DNA of 64,000 nt, taken from Salpingoeca rosetta. Lineage: Eukaryota > Protista > Choanoflagellata. Of this stretch, positions 13,823 to 28,815 are shown in pieces. Location: assembly GCA_033442325.1 (NCBI GenBank), contig JAWQFM010000026.1, forward strand, positions 675,138 to 739,137. The letters are read 5' to 3'. The position numbers and the translations under genes were made by a program. The notes under the pieces were generated by a model. That model was not told the DNA's origin. It saw only the letters and a list, made by a program, of their open reading frames with translations, and searched no databases. Within the stretch, counting starts at the first letter, position 1, and every line of letters begins with the position of its first letter.

Positions 13823-15585
13823 ATGACAGAGCCAAAGGTGCGTGCGAAGCAGCGGCCGTGGCTGTTGTTTGTTTGTTGTTGAGCTGGTGCCAAGTGTGTG
13901 TTGTGCGGTCACCTGGCGCAGCACTCGTTTGCTCGCTTGCCTGCCTGTCTACCTGTTTGTCTGTCTGTCTGTCTGCCTGTTGTTGTTGCTTGGTTGTTGT
14001 TGCTTCTCGCTTGCTCTGCGGCTCGTGCGACGATGACTTCCCTTTCCAATATTCACACACACGCACACACATACACATGCACATACACATGCACATCGCA
14101 CACACACACACGCACGCGCGCACAGATCCAACAACTGTATGATGACATTTCGGTGTCTGCTGTGAACCTGTCTCGTGATGGAACGACCACCGTCACCAGC
14201 ACAACCGCAGGGGCAAACTCGGCGTCATCTGCGACGCTGGCGCCGGCGTCGGCCGTTGCACCCGCGCTGCCACGCATCAACGAGCGCCCAAACTCCGCCG
14301 CGCGCGGCTCGCACATCACCTCCGCGCCCATTGGCCGGCTGTCGCGCATTGACTCTGCCAAGGCCAAGGTGAAGCAGGAGCTGCCACTCACGCCGCTGCA
14401 GGCGATTGAGAAGTACAGCCGCCACCTCACCCCTTACGAGCAGGACGAGATTATGACATACCCGCAGGTGTGGTTTGTCGGGCACCGCGCGAAGAAGATC
14501 AACGCAAACGCGTCCAAGCCAAACAACTGCGGCTACGACGACGACAAGGGCCGCTACAAGTGCGTGAAGCACGACCACATTGGGTACCGCTACGAAATCA
14601 TGCGCGGGCTGGGCAAGGGCTCCTTTGGCGACGTGGTGGAGACGTACGACCACAAGAACAAGCAGCCACAGGCCGTCAAGATTATTCGCAACGAGCGCAG
14701 GTTCCACCGGCAGGCGCAGATTGAGGTGAAGATTCTTGAGCAGCTGAAGCGCAGCGACCGCCGGCGTAACCACCATGTCGTGCACATCAACGAGTACTTT
14801 ATGTTCCGCAACCACCTGTGCATCACGTTTGACCTGATGCACCAGGACCTGTACACGGCGCTGAAGAAGGACGGCTTCAAGGGGTTCACGCTCACGCAGG
14901 TCAACAAGTTCTGCCGCTCGCTGCTGTCGTGCCTGCGGCTGCTGCGCCGACAGAAGGTGATCCACTGCGACCTCAAGCCCGAGAACATACTGCTCACGGA
15001 GCGGAACAACGACGACATCACCGTCATCGACTTTGGGTCGGCGTGCCTGGAGCACCAGAAGATACACTCGTACATCCAGAGTCGCTTCTACCGTGCGCCC
15101 GAGATCATATTGGGTACCGGGTACTCGATTGCCATTGACATGTGGTCGCTCGGCTGCATCCTCGCCGAACTGTACACGGGGCAGCCCATCTTCCCTGGAA
15201 GGGACGAGAAGGAGCAGCTCATGTACCAGATGGAGGTACTCGGTACCCCGCCAGCGCACGTGCTGCGCGTGGCCAAACGCACAAGCGTGTTCTTCCACAG
15301 CGATGGTTCACCGCGCGTCACGCGCGACCGCAAGGGGCGTGTCCACGTTCCCGGTGGACGCCCGCTCCACAAGGCCGTGCGCACAGACAACCAGGACTTT
15401 CTCGATTTCCTCCAGCGTGAGTGAACCTTGTTCTTCGTGTGTGTTCTCTTGTGTGTGTGTGTGCTTGTGTGTGTGTGTGTGTGTGTGTGTGTTCTCGTGT
15501 GTGCTTGTGTGTGCTTGTGTGTGTGTGTGTGTGTCACAAGTGCGCGTCTTTTGTGTACCCGTGTACTCTCAATCGAACCACTTCC

Positions 15586-15684
<99 letters not shown>

Positions 15685-16456
15685 CACACACACAGGGTGC
15701 TTCGAGTGGGATCCGCACACGCGCATTTCGCCCAAGGAGGCGTCTCGCCACCCGTGGATCAGCACAGATGCAGGCAGCCGGCTGATGGTCGAGGCTGCGT
15801 TGTCGGAGAGCCAGCGCAGCAACAGCTCGGTGTCGCGCCTGGCAGACAACCTCTCGCGTGTCAAGGCCGTGCCCAACCCAGACGAATACCACGAAGTGAC
15901 TGTTGCGGTTGACGGCAACTCCAGCAAGCCCGCGCCAACACAACAACAACAGCAACAGCAGCAGCAGCAGCAGCAAGTGTCGGCTGGCGTGGCGTCTGCA
16001 CCAAACGCACCATCGTCATCGTCATCATCAATAGCAACAGCAAAGACGGCGGGGTCAACACGCAGCAGTGGCGGTGGCAGTGGCGTGTCGAGCTCGGGGC
16101 TGCACCGATCACAGAGTATGCGCACACAGCCACCACCAGTATCATCGGCAGCAACGGGGCCAACCTCGATGAGCAAGCCAGGCCGCACTGCCAGCTCTGG
16201 ACCAAAGATGACATCCCGCAGCAGCAGCATGAAGCAGCAGCAGCAGCAGAGCACGCCAGGTGGTATGTCGTCGTCGTTGGGGAGCAGCCTGTCACGAACA
16301 TCCTCAAATGCACGGCCAATGCCGCCCTCGTCCGCAAGCACACGCTCCACGCGTCTCCGTGGTCGCCAGGCGTGGGGGTCTGTGAAACTTGACCCCATCA
16401 ACCCGCAGCCAGATAAGGTGCGCACCGCTAGCGAAACCAAGAGCTCCAACGTCTAG
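13823..16456 (+). CDS. Dual-specificity kinase, DYRK class 2 (DYRK2/3/4-like); exons 13823-13837, 14126-15416, 15696-16456
   Basis: NAPA-like LTPYEQDEIMTYPQVWFVG, DH box GYDDDKGRY, GKGSFG, HCDLKPEN, DFGSAC and SYIQSRFYRAPE. GT-AG introns keep the frame. Confidence 0.92.
15587..15693. repeat. (CA)n microsatellite abutting the 3' splice site of DYRK intron 2; representative of dozens of intronic CA/GT tracts
   Basis: Seen directly: ...cacacacacag|ggtgc. Confidence 0.95.
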
Positions 16457-17265
16457 CACCTTGCTGCAGGACGTGGTGTTGGCGCACGATGCACGCTGCA
16501 GGGCTCTGTTCCTTCGCGATCCTTGCAGTTCGTGTGTGTGCGTGCGCGGGTGCACGTATTTGTCGTGTGTTTTGCGTGCGTGTGTGTGCGTGAATTAGCG
16601 TGGCAGTCGAGGGTGTATGTAGGAGTTGAGCAGACACTAGTGTGTTAAGCCATTCTTGTTTGTTTGTGTGTGTGCGTGTGTGTGTATGTGTGTTGTGAGC
16701 AGGCTGTACAATGGTGTCTGTCCATGTGCGGTCGCATGCCGTTGCTGTTACTCTTTTCCCTTTTTTGCTCCTTTCCTTTTGCGTTCTCTCGTGGCTTTTG
16801 TGCCTTTTTATTGGCGTTATCTTCATTGACATCATCGTTCGTTGTTGACAATCACACATCATCTTTGTATTGGTACGCGCTATTCATCATCCCTTCGTTC
16901 ATTCCTTTGTATTGCTTTGTCCATTTTGTCGCTTTGTATTGCGTTGTCCAAGTTCACTCTCTGTAATCGACCTGACTGTTGTGCATACCCTTTTCCCTAA
17001 CATACAGCATTGTTGAGCCCATGGATGGTGGGAGAGATAGAAGGAGAGAGTGAGGGAGGGAGAGGAGAGTACACTTGACGCTCAACGTCGACACCCACAG
17101 CGTTCACAGCTACCCTGATCATTTCGTGCAAATTTTGCAAACCTGCTGGTTTCCAAGCGAAGTGCACACACAACAGCCAATACAGCAGCCAACAAGCACT
17201 CAGCAGCTTTGCTTGTTGCAAGTGAGCATTGGGTTGGCGACGCGCAGTGCCTGCTGAGGGACACC

Positions 17266-18003
17266 ATGGAAGATGGCCAGCTCCACAATGCCGAGCAGGC
17301 AATGCACGCTGAGCTTCCATCGCAGGCACGGGCACAGCGAGTGAGGGAGCGGTTGAACGAGATGTTCGCTGCGCTCTTCACCTCATCCTCAGCGTCGCTG
17401 CAAGCATCGTCCAGATCGTCCATGGTTGCCGCGCCCACCACGGGCACTGCTGGCGGCGGTACTGGCGGTGCAGCAAATAGAGCCTCGCGACAGACGGGCT
17501 CCGCAAAGGAGAGCGAACGCAACCCGTACAGGCAGCGTTTGCGTGAGGTGCGTGTTTGTACGTGTGTGAGGTGTGGGCGCGTTTGTGTTTGTGCGTGCGT
17601 GCGTGTGGATGATGTGTATGTTTGTGTATGTGTGATGTGGATGATGTGTGTGTGTGTGTACGTATGTGACTTGCACATGTGTGTGCGTGTATCGCCGCTG
17701 CTGTCAAACACCACACATCAGCGACGAACGACATCAGTGCTCATCTCGTCCTCCTGCATGTGTACAGATTTATCGGGAGCGAGATGTGGTTGTGGCCCAG
17801 ACACAGGAGTTGCTGCAACAATTGGACGATGCAAAGGTGATGATGCGTCATTGTGCGAGCAAGCGCATTCCCAGCACAAAGCCACGCCATCATGAACAAC
17901 AACACCATTCCACCCGTCATGATGTTCCATGAGCTCACCCACTCAATCAAACACTCCAAGTCTCTCTGCCCCACCAGCTAAGTCTCTGCCACACACACAC
18001 ACG

Positions 18004-18052
<49 letters not shown>

Positions 18053-19192
18053 ACAAACACACACAAACACACACAAACACACACGTTTACACTCCCTTAC
18101 ACACACGTACGCTGTTTGTCTGTGCAGAGCCATATCTCCGAGGCCATTGAACAGCAGGAACAAGAGCGGACAGAGGCATTCACAGATAACGCCACTGTCG
18201 CCCCAATCGGTGCGCTGAGCAGTGCTCATATGCGTGATCATGTGTTACCCTTGTGTTTGTGTGTGCTGACATGTGTGCTGACGTGTGGGAGGCGAGGGCC
18301 GATGCGTGCAGCTTTTCGCTTTCCCACCCGCTGGAGCGCTTATGCTCACCAGCAGCCACTTCGACTGCACATGGCACGCTGCTACATGCCATACACCACC
18401 TCGACCACCAGTGATTGACCTCAAGAGCATCTTGCGGGACCGCGATGTGGACACGGCGTCACTGCCGCTGCTCTCGGCCTTTGACTATCTCCCGCGTCCA
18501 AAGAACAACCCGGCCCCGCAGCGCGCCAACCGCCCGCCCTCATACGCCCGCGCAACAAAGGTCTGTCGTGTGTGTGTGTGTGTGTCGTGTGTGTCGTGTG
18601 TGTATGTGTGTGTGTCGTGTGTGTCGTGTGCATGACTGTATTGCACGCGGTTGTTCGCACCGCATCTTCCTCAACTCATGCTCATCATCTTGTCCGCGTG
18701 CGTACGTGTATGTACAGACGTCTACGATGCGCCTGCGGGCACAGGCGCGGAAGTTCCCCGATCAAGTGCACGAGTTAACAGAGTGTAAGCGTTTTTCTTG
18801 AATGCCGATGCGTGCGTGCGTGTGTGTGTGTGTGCGAGTGAATGTGTACACGACACAGCACACTGCGCTTCTGGTTGCGTTGTTTCGCACTGTGTCTCAC
18901 CTCTCAACCCACACACACACACACACTCTCTCTCTCGCACACACACATACACACACATACATACACGTGACAGCTGAGGCGGCTGAGAAGTGGCGCAAGG
19001 AGGTGGTGGAGCCGCCCAGCTCAAAGCGGCAGTGGAAGGGCAAGATGAGCAAGGAAACCGAAAAGGTGTGGTGCTTGTGTGTTTGTGTGTGTGTGTGTGT
19101 GCGTGTGGTGATACGACTGTCCTCACAGCACCTTATTTTTGCACATGCCTGCTGCAGCAACTCCAGCTTCATTCATTCACACGCAAACACAC

Positions 19193-19274
<82 letters not shown>

Positions 19275-19670
19275 TGCATCCCATCTCTCACCCACGCATG
19301 CATTCACACACACACACACACATTGCATCACCCACGCATACATTCGCACATATCACGCGTCACGCGCAGTCGCTGAAGAAGGAACTGTCCATGTTCAAGA
19401 CAAAGACGGAAGGGTTTCTGCGTAATCCACGCGACACGGCACAGCAGCCGGCACAAGACACAGAGCTCACAGCGATGGCCATGGTGCGTTGGTTGCTGAT
19501 GTGCTTGTGGTTGCGGTTGCGGTGGCGTGCTGAACGCTCTGGCCATCACACTCTTCACCGCTGTTGCAAGAAGCAGCAGCAGCACCGCCACCACCTTTCA
19601 TCCTAACAACCACACTCATTGCCATCATTACCATGACCATCACCATCACAACTACCATCGTCACAACTAC

Positions 19671-19749
<79 letters not shown>

Positions 19750-20081
19750 TCGTGGTTCAGACGGGTACGCGACAGCGGCAGGCGGCAGCGGAGGACGCGC
19801 GTGTGTTCCGGCCCATTCCTCCGGTTGTTGCGTTCAACACATTTGAGCGAAATGCAAAGTTGCAGCAGACACTCACGCTGGTCAACACCTCCCGCGTCTC
19901 GCGCGTTCTTCGCATCCGCCCCCTCAAATCGGACCACTTTGCCGTGACCGGCACCAAGTTCCCCACAGGTCTAATCACACACAACACACACGCATACACA
20001 TACACGTGCACACACATACACACACATGCACATGCACACACATGCACATACACATACACGCACGCATGCACACGCACGCAC

Positions 20082-20157
<76 letters not shown>

Positions 20158-22811
20158 GTACATGCACAAACGCACACACGTACACTTCGTGGGCTCGGGA
20201 TCTCTGTGTCGCCCGTGTTCGTGTGTCCTCAACAGCTCATCCCCACAACATACATCCTCGCCCCGCACCGTGCCTGCAGGCAACGCACAGGATGCGGTTG
20301 CTCCCGGTCTGTCTGTGGAGGTGACGATTGCGTTCACACCAGACCACCTCGGCACCTACAAGGAAGAGCTGGAGATTCTCCCAGAGGTGAGCCGCATGCC
20401 GGCAGCCATTGGTGTGCGTGGCGCTGACGTTGGGCGGTATTGACTAGTGATTGCTGGTGGTCACGCGGTGAAAATGCCTGCACAGCACCTTATACAGTCG
20501 TCGTAGTAGCTCGCCATTTTTCCCACATGCACACACACTCACATAACACAATGACAACACACTCACACTCACACATACAACACACGCATACCACTCACTC
20601 ACAACACACTCACACGCGCTCGACAACACACTCACAACACACATAACACTTGCTGCACCCGTGGTTTTGTCACTCCGCTCTGTCACGGCAACAGAACGGT
20701 GCACCGTTCATGGTGGATCTGATTGGGGAGCGCAACCCGCCTGGCCTGACGCTTGAACCCACTGTGGACCTTGGCGTGCACCTCAAAGGGTCACGCACGC
20801 ATCACTCCATCGACTTCACCAACACGGGTGGTGACACCCGCTTCAGGATCATCCCTTTCTCGCACGTGCGTGAATGTTTGTGTCGCGTTGTGTACATGTG
20901 TATGTGCGCATGTGTATGGTTAATGCTGCTGTTATTCTGAGCACACCAGCTTCACAATCACTTCGCACCTCCGCACACGCACACACTTTTGTACCGCCAC
21001 ACATTACTCGACCCAACTCAACACGCTAACACAATTCGCACACACCCACACATGTGCGCATCAGGTGAAGAGCAGCACACGCGCGAGTGCAAAGTCCTCA
21101 GCGGCCGCCAGCGACGCGGGCACTGATTCAATTGATTTGCAGAACCTGGAGGCCCTGCCCGAAACGTTTTGGAGCTGCAACAGCAAGGACAGTGCACGTG
21201 AGGGCGGAGACGACCAGCATGATGCAAGAAGCATGGACACTGTTGCAAGCGGGCGGTTCTTCCAGATCACAAACGCATGTCAGATGGTGGCGGAGAACGC
21301 ACAGTCACAACTGCATGTGGAAGCCACGCTTTCCCAAGAAGGAAGGTGTCGTGAGCGCTTTGTGATCATCTTCGACAACTGCCTCTTTCGCATGTTGGAC
21401 ATTGAGGCTGAGGCTGAACTGCCAAATGTGTCTGTGAGCGGACGCCACATTCTTCAAGATGATGACACACTCAGGTCCGTGCTGCTGCTGGCATATGTTT
21501 TCTTGCGCGAGTGCATGCACTTATGTGTGTGTGTGTATGTGTGTGTGTGTGTGTGTGTGCTTGCACATTGTATTCGCTGGCTGTACATGTGTGATTGTGG
21601 CATGAACACATTCAACACTGGCATGGTTGTCTCTTTTCCAGACTCATTTCTCTTTCCTCCATCACCACCGCTGCCTTCACCACCGCCACCAATCATCTCA
21701 TCTCGTCTACGTCCACCACGTCGACAGGCTCCTCATGCAGCCGTGCATGTGGAACTTTGGTGCAGAGCGCACTGTCACACTCACAAACAATGGCGCAGTC
21801 CCAGTCACATTCAGCGCTTCCATCCAACCAAAGAGGAAGTTGCAACAGCACCCGCAGCGTGATGAGAGCAAGGAAATATTGCCGGCGACCGCCACCCTGT
21901 TTTCTTGCGAGGAAGGGGAGGAAAGTCGGTCCTCCATTCCCTCCTCGGAGGCGTGCGGCATGTTTTCTGTGCATCCACCCGCGACCACCATCGAGGCTGG
22001 CAGTGATGTCACGCTGACCATCACCTGCTCGCCGCAGACAACCTTGCGTCATGCGCACCCTGTGTGCGCAGAGGCGTGGCTGGTGGTTGAAGCCCAGGAC
22101 CTGCCGGGCGATTTGGCCGATGCACACGCAGTGCTGTTGGAATCATGCCTGCAGGCAACCATCTCGTCGTGCCAGGTGGGTTTACGCTGCTGCGCCGTAC
22201 AACCACCAAATGCAAGCCACTGCCCTGTGTACACATGCGCGCCTACTTCATTCACCCACAATAACAACAACAATGCCACCACCACCACCACCACCACCAC
22301 CACTGCCGTTGGCATTGACAGGCGAGTGTGCATCCACCAGCGTTGGCGTGGGCAGCAGCTGTGGAGCCGTCCGTGCCTGCAAGCATCCCCATTGTCATAC
22401 GCAACGAGTCGGACGCAACGCTGCAGTTTTCCTGCGCCGCCGTCGTGCTTCCCACCGCTGTTCTCCACCTCCAACACCAACAAGGTGCGCCCACAACTCC
22501 GCAACTGTTGTGTGTACATGTGTGTGTGGACGCATTTATGAGCGTACATGGCTTGGTGGTCGTGGGTTTTGTGTACTTGCTCTCCTCGCCAAGTGCTATT
22601 CTCACCTAAGCTCACAAACACACACACACATATGTACGCCCATATTGTCCTTCACACATTGCCTTTTTCACCGCATACCAGGCTCCATCCCTCCGCGCGG
22701 AACACAGCACACATCTGTGATTATTGCTGGTCGCAGCGAGGGCGACGTGAACACGACCATGAAGATTGAGTTTGACAGGGCCCCACCCATCCTCCTTCCA
22801 GTCACAGCTTC

Positions 22812-22909
<98 letters not shown>

Positions 22910-23340
22910 TACACAAGCTCATTACGCTCGATACCTTCGCGTTCTTGCACGTTGTTGTTCCAACACTCATACTCACCTCCGCTCTCTCAACCCCCACCCT
23001 GCCACCGTGCGCTGCAGCTGTCTGTGCGCCCAACAGTGCTCGGCCGCTACTCGGCCACGCTGCACGTGCACATTGGCGGGCGCAGCGCTCCCGAGCTCAT
23101 TGCCGTGTCGGCCACGGTGCAGGAGCCCCTGTGCTGCTTCACATCCTCCTCCATCCTGTACGTTCGTGATGTCGGTGTAACTGCTAGCGGCGGTGGTGAT
23201 AATGATGTAGCTTGTGCGTGCATGGCTCTGATGCGTCCTGTTCACGTCAACATCATGCAAGCCAGCATCTCACAGTCTATGCTTGTGACATACACACACA
23301 CGCACGCGCGCATACACACACACACATACACACACATCAC

Positions 23341-23430
<90 letters not shown>

Positions 23431-26400
23431 CGTTGCCACAGCTTCCCGCGTGTGTATGCCGGAGTGCCTGCGATGGTGATGGCGCACTTGCGCAACTTAT
23501 CAGCGCTGGACACGTCTTTCAGCCACCGCGCCAACATCGCCCTGCTCCCCATCACTTCCCGTGCTGTCATTGCGCGCACCGCACAAAGCGCCAGACGCCA
23601 CCGCCACCACGCAGACGGTAGCGGCGATGGTGGTGAAGCCGATGAAGTGATTTCGCATGGTGTCAAGCAGCAGCAGCAACAGCACCAGCAGCACAAGAAG
23701 CATCAGCAAGGCCTTCACCCCCTGACGAGCGACGACGTGATTGTGTCGGTGACGCCGGAATCTGGGGTGCTCAAGGCTGGCGAGACGCTTGAACTGGCCG
23801 TTGCATTTACTGCCCGGCGACCCGGCCCGCTCGCCCCGCACATGCTCGTGTTTGACATTGATGGCGTGAAGCAGCCGCTGCCGCTGGCTGTCATGGCGGA
23901 CGTGCGCGGTGTGTCGCTGTCGTACGAGGTTGGCGCGCACATGTACACGGAGCTGAACGGACCGCCGGATGATGTGGACGTCAACACGGCACCAGGCGCC
24001 CTCAGCATTGCCCATCCATCCCACGCCACCCTCGCCTCCACCTCCACCACCCTCAGGCGCACACGAGATGCCGCCGCCATTGATGCTGCTGCTGCTGCTT
24101 CTGACTCTGCAGCGCAGCCACTGGACCCGCACCACCTGTATCTGCCTGTTGTGCGGCCGGCCAAGAGCTCGGCTGTTGCGTTTTCCCGGCGAAGGCGACA
24201 GGCGCGCCGCGTGGGCACAATGTCCTCTGTGCCCAGCATTGTGGTGACGCTGCCTGATGGCCAGGACCACGCCAAGCACAGCAGCGACACTGACACCGGC
24301 ACCGACACTGACACTGACACTGACGACAATAACAGCCAAGCTGGTGATGGCGATGGTGGTGGTGCGCAAGGGGGTGATGGCGCAGAGAGTGAGCAGCCGC
24401 CCGTGTCTCAGTCGTCCTCGTCCACCTCCGTGACCTCACGGTCGAAGAAGAAGAAGAAGAAGAAGCGTAAGAAGCGTGGTGCAGCGGTACCATCACGATC
24501 ACCGCGACAACAGCCGCTGGAGGTGCGTGGCCTCGTGTTTGAGCAGGTGCAGGCACACGTGCCGACATACAAGCTGCTGCGACTGACCAACCACTCTGGT
24601 ATTGCTGCCACGCTGCATGCCAGCGTGACATTCTTCCCCGCGCGGGAGAATGTGCGTCTGCAAGTGCACGGCATTGGAGGTGATGCTGCAACGACAGTTT
24701 GCGGTGACGCAGACGCTGCAAATGGCAGGACAGCACCGCGTGCACGCACCCAGCGGCACACGGCAGCACAACAGGCCACGCAACGGACACATGCAACAGC
24801 CACAGCAGCGAGAGCAACTGGCAAGAGCAGCATGCGAACGGGGCAGAAAACGCGGCAGCTACCCCGGGCACCGGACATGGCCCGCAAGACGGCGGTTGGC
24901 ACGTTCAAGCGGTCTGTGAAGAGCATCAAGGCAAGCATCAAGGCAGCCGTGCAGCCGGTTGAGCCTGCAGTCGCACTCAAGTCGACGGCAACCACATTTG
25001 GCGCATGCTTCATGCCGGAAGAGGCAGTGGTTTCCGTGCCGCCCCATGGCAGCTGCACACTGCGTGTGTGGTGCTACGCCGATGTGTGGGGTGACTATTC
25101 AGACCACCTCGTGCTGCGCGGGGAGCACCTGGACACGGTGCACGTGCCACTGCGGGCCAGCGTAACGGGCTGCTCCCTTGTGCCGCTCGTGACTGGAGCG
25201 AGCGACCTCAGCCCCCTCCTCCGCCTGCCCTCTCTGGCGCTGCGCAGCAACACCGAGCACCATGGCAGTGGTGTCGATGCTGTTGATGGTGTCGGTGCAG
25301 GTGATGGTGGCAGTGCTGTTGATGCAGGTGATGCTAGCCACGATGAGGTTGAGGGCCGGGCCACGATTCGAAAGTTGAGCGTGAAGAACCCCACCAGCCA
25401 GCCGCTGGCGCTGGTGTGGGAGACGTACGACGTTCTTGCAGACGACAAGCAGCTTGTGGATGTGTTTGCGCGCACGATCAATGACGACCCCGTGCTGAAT
25501 CCGCCGCACACCCACGACAATGGCAGTGGTGGCGATGGCGGTGTTGATGGTGATGAACCGTTGCTGAAATTGCGGGTGCGTGCGCATGAAGGCAAGCGCT
25601 CGCACGTCTTCTCCGTGTGGCCGCCCGTGGCGGTGATCACCCCAGACCAGACAACGGTGTTCAAGGTGCGGTTTGCACCGAATACGCTGGGCACATTCAA
25701 CGGCTTTGTGCGCGCAGTTGTGTTCACGCCTGCGCAGGCGAGTCTGTCTCTCGCGCCGATGCCTGCAAGCAAAGACGTGATTGCGTTTCTGCATGGCCAC
25801 GAGGAGCGGCTGCCACCGTTCCCCGTGCAGACACTGATGCTCGACAGAGAGACGGCCACACTGCGTGCACCGACGGCCTCTGAAGCGAAGCAGCTAGTCA
25901 AGGAGGTGGACGTTGTCGATGACGTTGCTGGCGGTGACCGTGATCGCGGCGATGGTGATCGCGACGATGACGTTCAGCAGCCACAACAACTTTTGCAGTC
26001 GCAGGAGTCACAACAGCAAGAGCAAGAGCAAGAGCAAGAGCGGGCAACTGCAAAGGTGACGAGGAAGCAGAGGCAGCTGCGATTTATTGCTGGGTTGGTG
26101 CGACGCAGCACGCTGCGTACGGAGTCCACGGCGCTGACGATTCAGGTGACGGCCCGGGCCGAACATCCGCTGCTGCAGGTGGTTGGGGCGCCTGACACTG
26201 GCGTTTTGTTCCAGTTGAGTAGCGATGACGTACAAGAGGGACGCAAGGCGCATTCAACAAGCTTCACGCTGTACAACCCCACGTCCAGCCGCATCACATT
26301 CCGGCTGCACGCAACGCCCGAGTTCCAGGTTGGCCTGGTTGGCGCGCCGTCAACAACAGGCAGCTCAACGCGCGCAACAACAGCAGTGACGACCACGACA

Positions 26401-26797
26401 GGCACGGCCGCAACAGCCGCAATGGTGCGTGCAGGCACGGGCTCAACACAGCAGCGCAGCGGGAGAATACGGGGTCGCAGTCCAAAGTACGCCGTGTCCA
26501 TGCGAGGCACCAGTGCTGTTGGCGGTGATGGTGATGGTGCAGTGACTGCGCAGCGACAGGCGACGGCGCAGCTTGGGCGGGCAGACATCAAGTCGATGGT
26601 CAAGCCCATCGTGCTTGAGCCAGCGCAGTCGTGCTCGGTTGGCGTGCGGTGGAGCGTGCCGTCTGTCCGCGCGCTCGTCTCGCGTGCGTGGAATGCGGCG
26701 TCGCCTCGCAAGTCGCTGCGGGAACGGCCGTCCACAGTGCTGAGTCAGCAGTTTTTGGGCGATGCGGAGAGCGATCGGAAGGGACGACAAAGCCGTG

Positions 26798-26828
<31 letters not shown>

Positions 26829-26986
26829 AGAGGAGGAAGAGGGTGAGGAGGAGGTGGTGCAGTACCGACCAACCGCTGTGACGATTGCCGATGGTGTTGA
26901 GTTTGAGATTGAAGGGTCCCCTGATGTCCTTCGTGTTCCAATCAAGGCCCTGCTGCATCTGCCGCACCTGCAGCTGCAAGAAGACA

Positions 26987-27083
<97 letters not shown>

Positions 27084-27334
27084 CGCGCTTGTTGGAGCGT
27101 GTGTGGGTGTTCACTTGTGAGTTTTCTGTTGCATCTCTCATGCCGCCGTATTTCCCCATTTCGTGTGCGATATCTGTTGTGTGCTGCACTGCTGCCAGCT
27201 TGACTTTGGGCGGTGTGTGCTCGGAGAACCGCAGGTGAAGACCGTCACCCTCATCAATTTAGGTGCGGTCGAGCGTACATGTTATGTGCAGCGTCGATGT
27301 CATGTTGTTTTGTTTGTTGTGTTGGATGCCCTGC

Positions 27335-27371
<37 letters not shown>

Positions 27372-27372
27372 C

Positions 27373-27419
<47 letters not shown>

Positions 27420-27860
27420 NNNNNNNNNNNNNNNNNNNNNNNNNNNNNNNNNNNNNNNNNNNNNNNNNNNNNNNNNNNNNNNNNNNNNNNNNNNNNNNNN
27501 NNNNNNNNNNNNNNNNNNNNNNNNNNNNNNNNNNNNNNNNNNNNNNNNNNNNNNNNNNNNNNNNNNNNNNNNNNNNNNNNNNNNNNNNNNNNNNNNNNNN
27601 NNNNNNNNNNNNNNNNNNNNNNNNNCGTGCGCCTGCGTGGTCGTGCGCCTGCGTTTTTGTGTATCTGCACGTATGTGCGTGCGCGTTGCGTGTTGCGCGC
27701 GTAGCATCCATTGTCTCACGCCCGGGTGATGTTTTTCTATGTCATGTGAACGTTTCTCCACAGCCAACCAGCGCTCAATTGAGCGTCACGCCACAATTGG
27801 TGAGCAACACTCACCATTTGTGTGTGTGTGTGTGTATGTATGCCTTCTGTGTGTGTCTGT

Positions 27861-27950
<90 letters not shown>

Positions 27951-28125
27951 GCCTACTGCATCCCTGTGCGTGCGTCTGTCTCCACTACAAGAACCAATCG
28001 CCAACCCTCATCACCTTCTCATCCCTGGTGTGTGGTTGTCTTTGCGTTTGGTGCAGCCGCTTGTGATTCCAGTTGTCGGCGACGGCTGGCAGGACCAGGC
28101 TGAAAACGACCCACTCACCATCTGA
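17266..28125 (+). CDS. DLEC1: DLEC1/CFAP81-like ciliary protein with multiple ASH/PapD-like domains; multi-exon, spans an N gap
   Basis: FLRNPR; VFRPIPPVVAF..LVNTSRVSRVLRI..KFP..VAPGLSVEVTIAFTPDHLGTY..PPGLTLEPTVDLG; CYADVWGDYSDHL; LDFGRCVLGEP. Matches my recollection of DLEC1. Large exon about 23442-26988. Confidence 0.8.
23341..23430. repeat. (CAA)n trinucleotide repeat, intronic, just before a DLEC1 acceptor
   Basis: Seen directly. Confidence 0.9.
27420..27625. other. Assembly gap (N run)
   Basis: Ns in sequence. Confidence 1.
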
Positions 28126-28382
28126 TGCAGTCTTGATGTTGATAATGATGATGGTGGTGATGGGTTTGGCAGTGTGTGTGTGTGTGTGTGAGTGTGTGTG
28201 TGTGTGCATTGTCTTCAACCACTTGGCTTGTTGTGTGTGTGTGTGTGTTGTGGTGATTGTACATAAACACAGAAAGCTCAGCCGCCCACTTCGTTGATCG
28301 TACACACACACGCACGCACGCACCATCCGCCGTTGCTGTGTGCTGTCGAATTTGTATTTCACTCAGAAGCCAAAAAAGGTAA

Positions 28383-28482
28383 NNNNNNNNNNNNNNNNNN
28401 NNNNNNNNNNNNNNNNNNNNNNNNNNNNNNNNNNNNNNNNNNNNNNNNNNNNNNNNNNNNNNNNNNNNNNNNNNNNNNNNNN
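28383..28482. other. Assembly gap (100 N)
   Basis: Ns in sequence. Confidence 1.
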
Positions 28483-28507
28483 CGAGATATAATCGTCTGC
28501 GCGGCCG

Positions 28508-28555
<48 letters not shown>

Positions 28556-28815
28556 CGTGTCACTCCTTGTCTGACACCAAAGCACCACTGCACGCTGGGT
28601 TGTCACACATGATGTGGCCTGCCTATGTGGTACAGGATGAAGACGGCGCAGTAGTCACGTGTGCGGGAAGGCGAGTGTGCAAGCCAAGCACACGCTCAAA
28701 CTGCACAACACACACACACGCACACACGTCATACACGCCACTCCAATCTGCCTTGATCAGTCAATCCCTCGCCACATTGCATCGGGGAAGGGGTTGCTGC
28801 GGGTTGCGGGTGCGT

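Noticed and set aside
19620-19748. Poly-His ORF from (CAT)n
   Set aside because: Lies in a DLEC1 intron upstream of the acceptor near 19760
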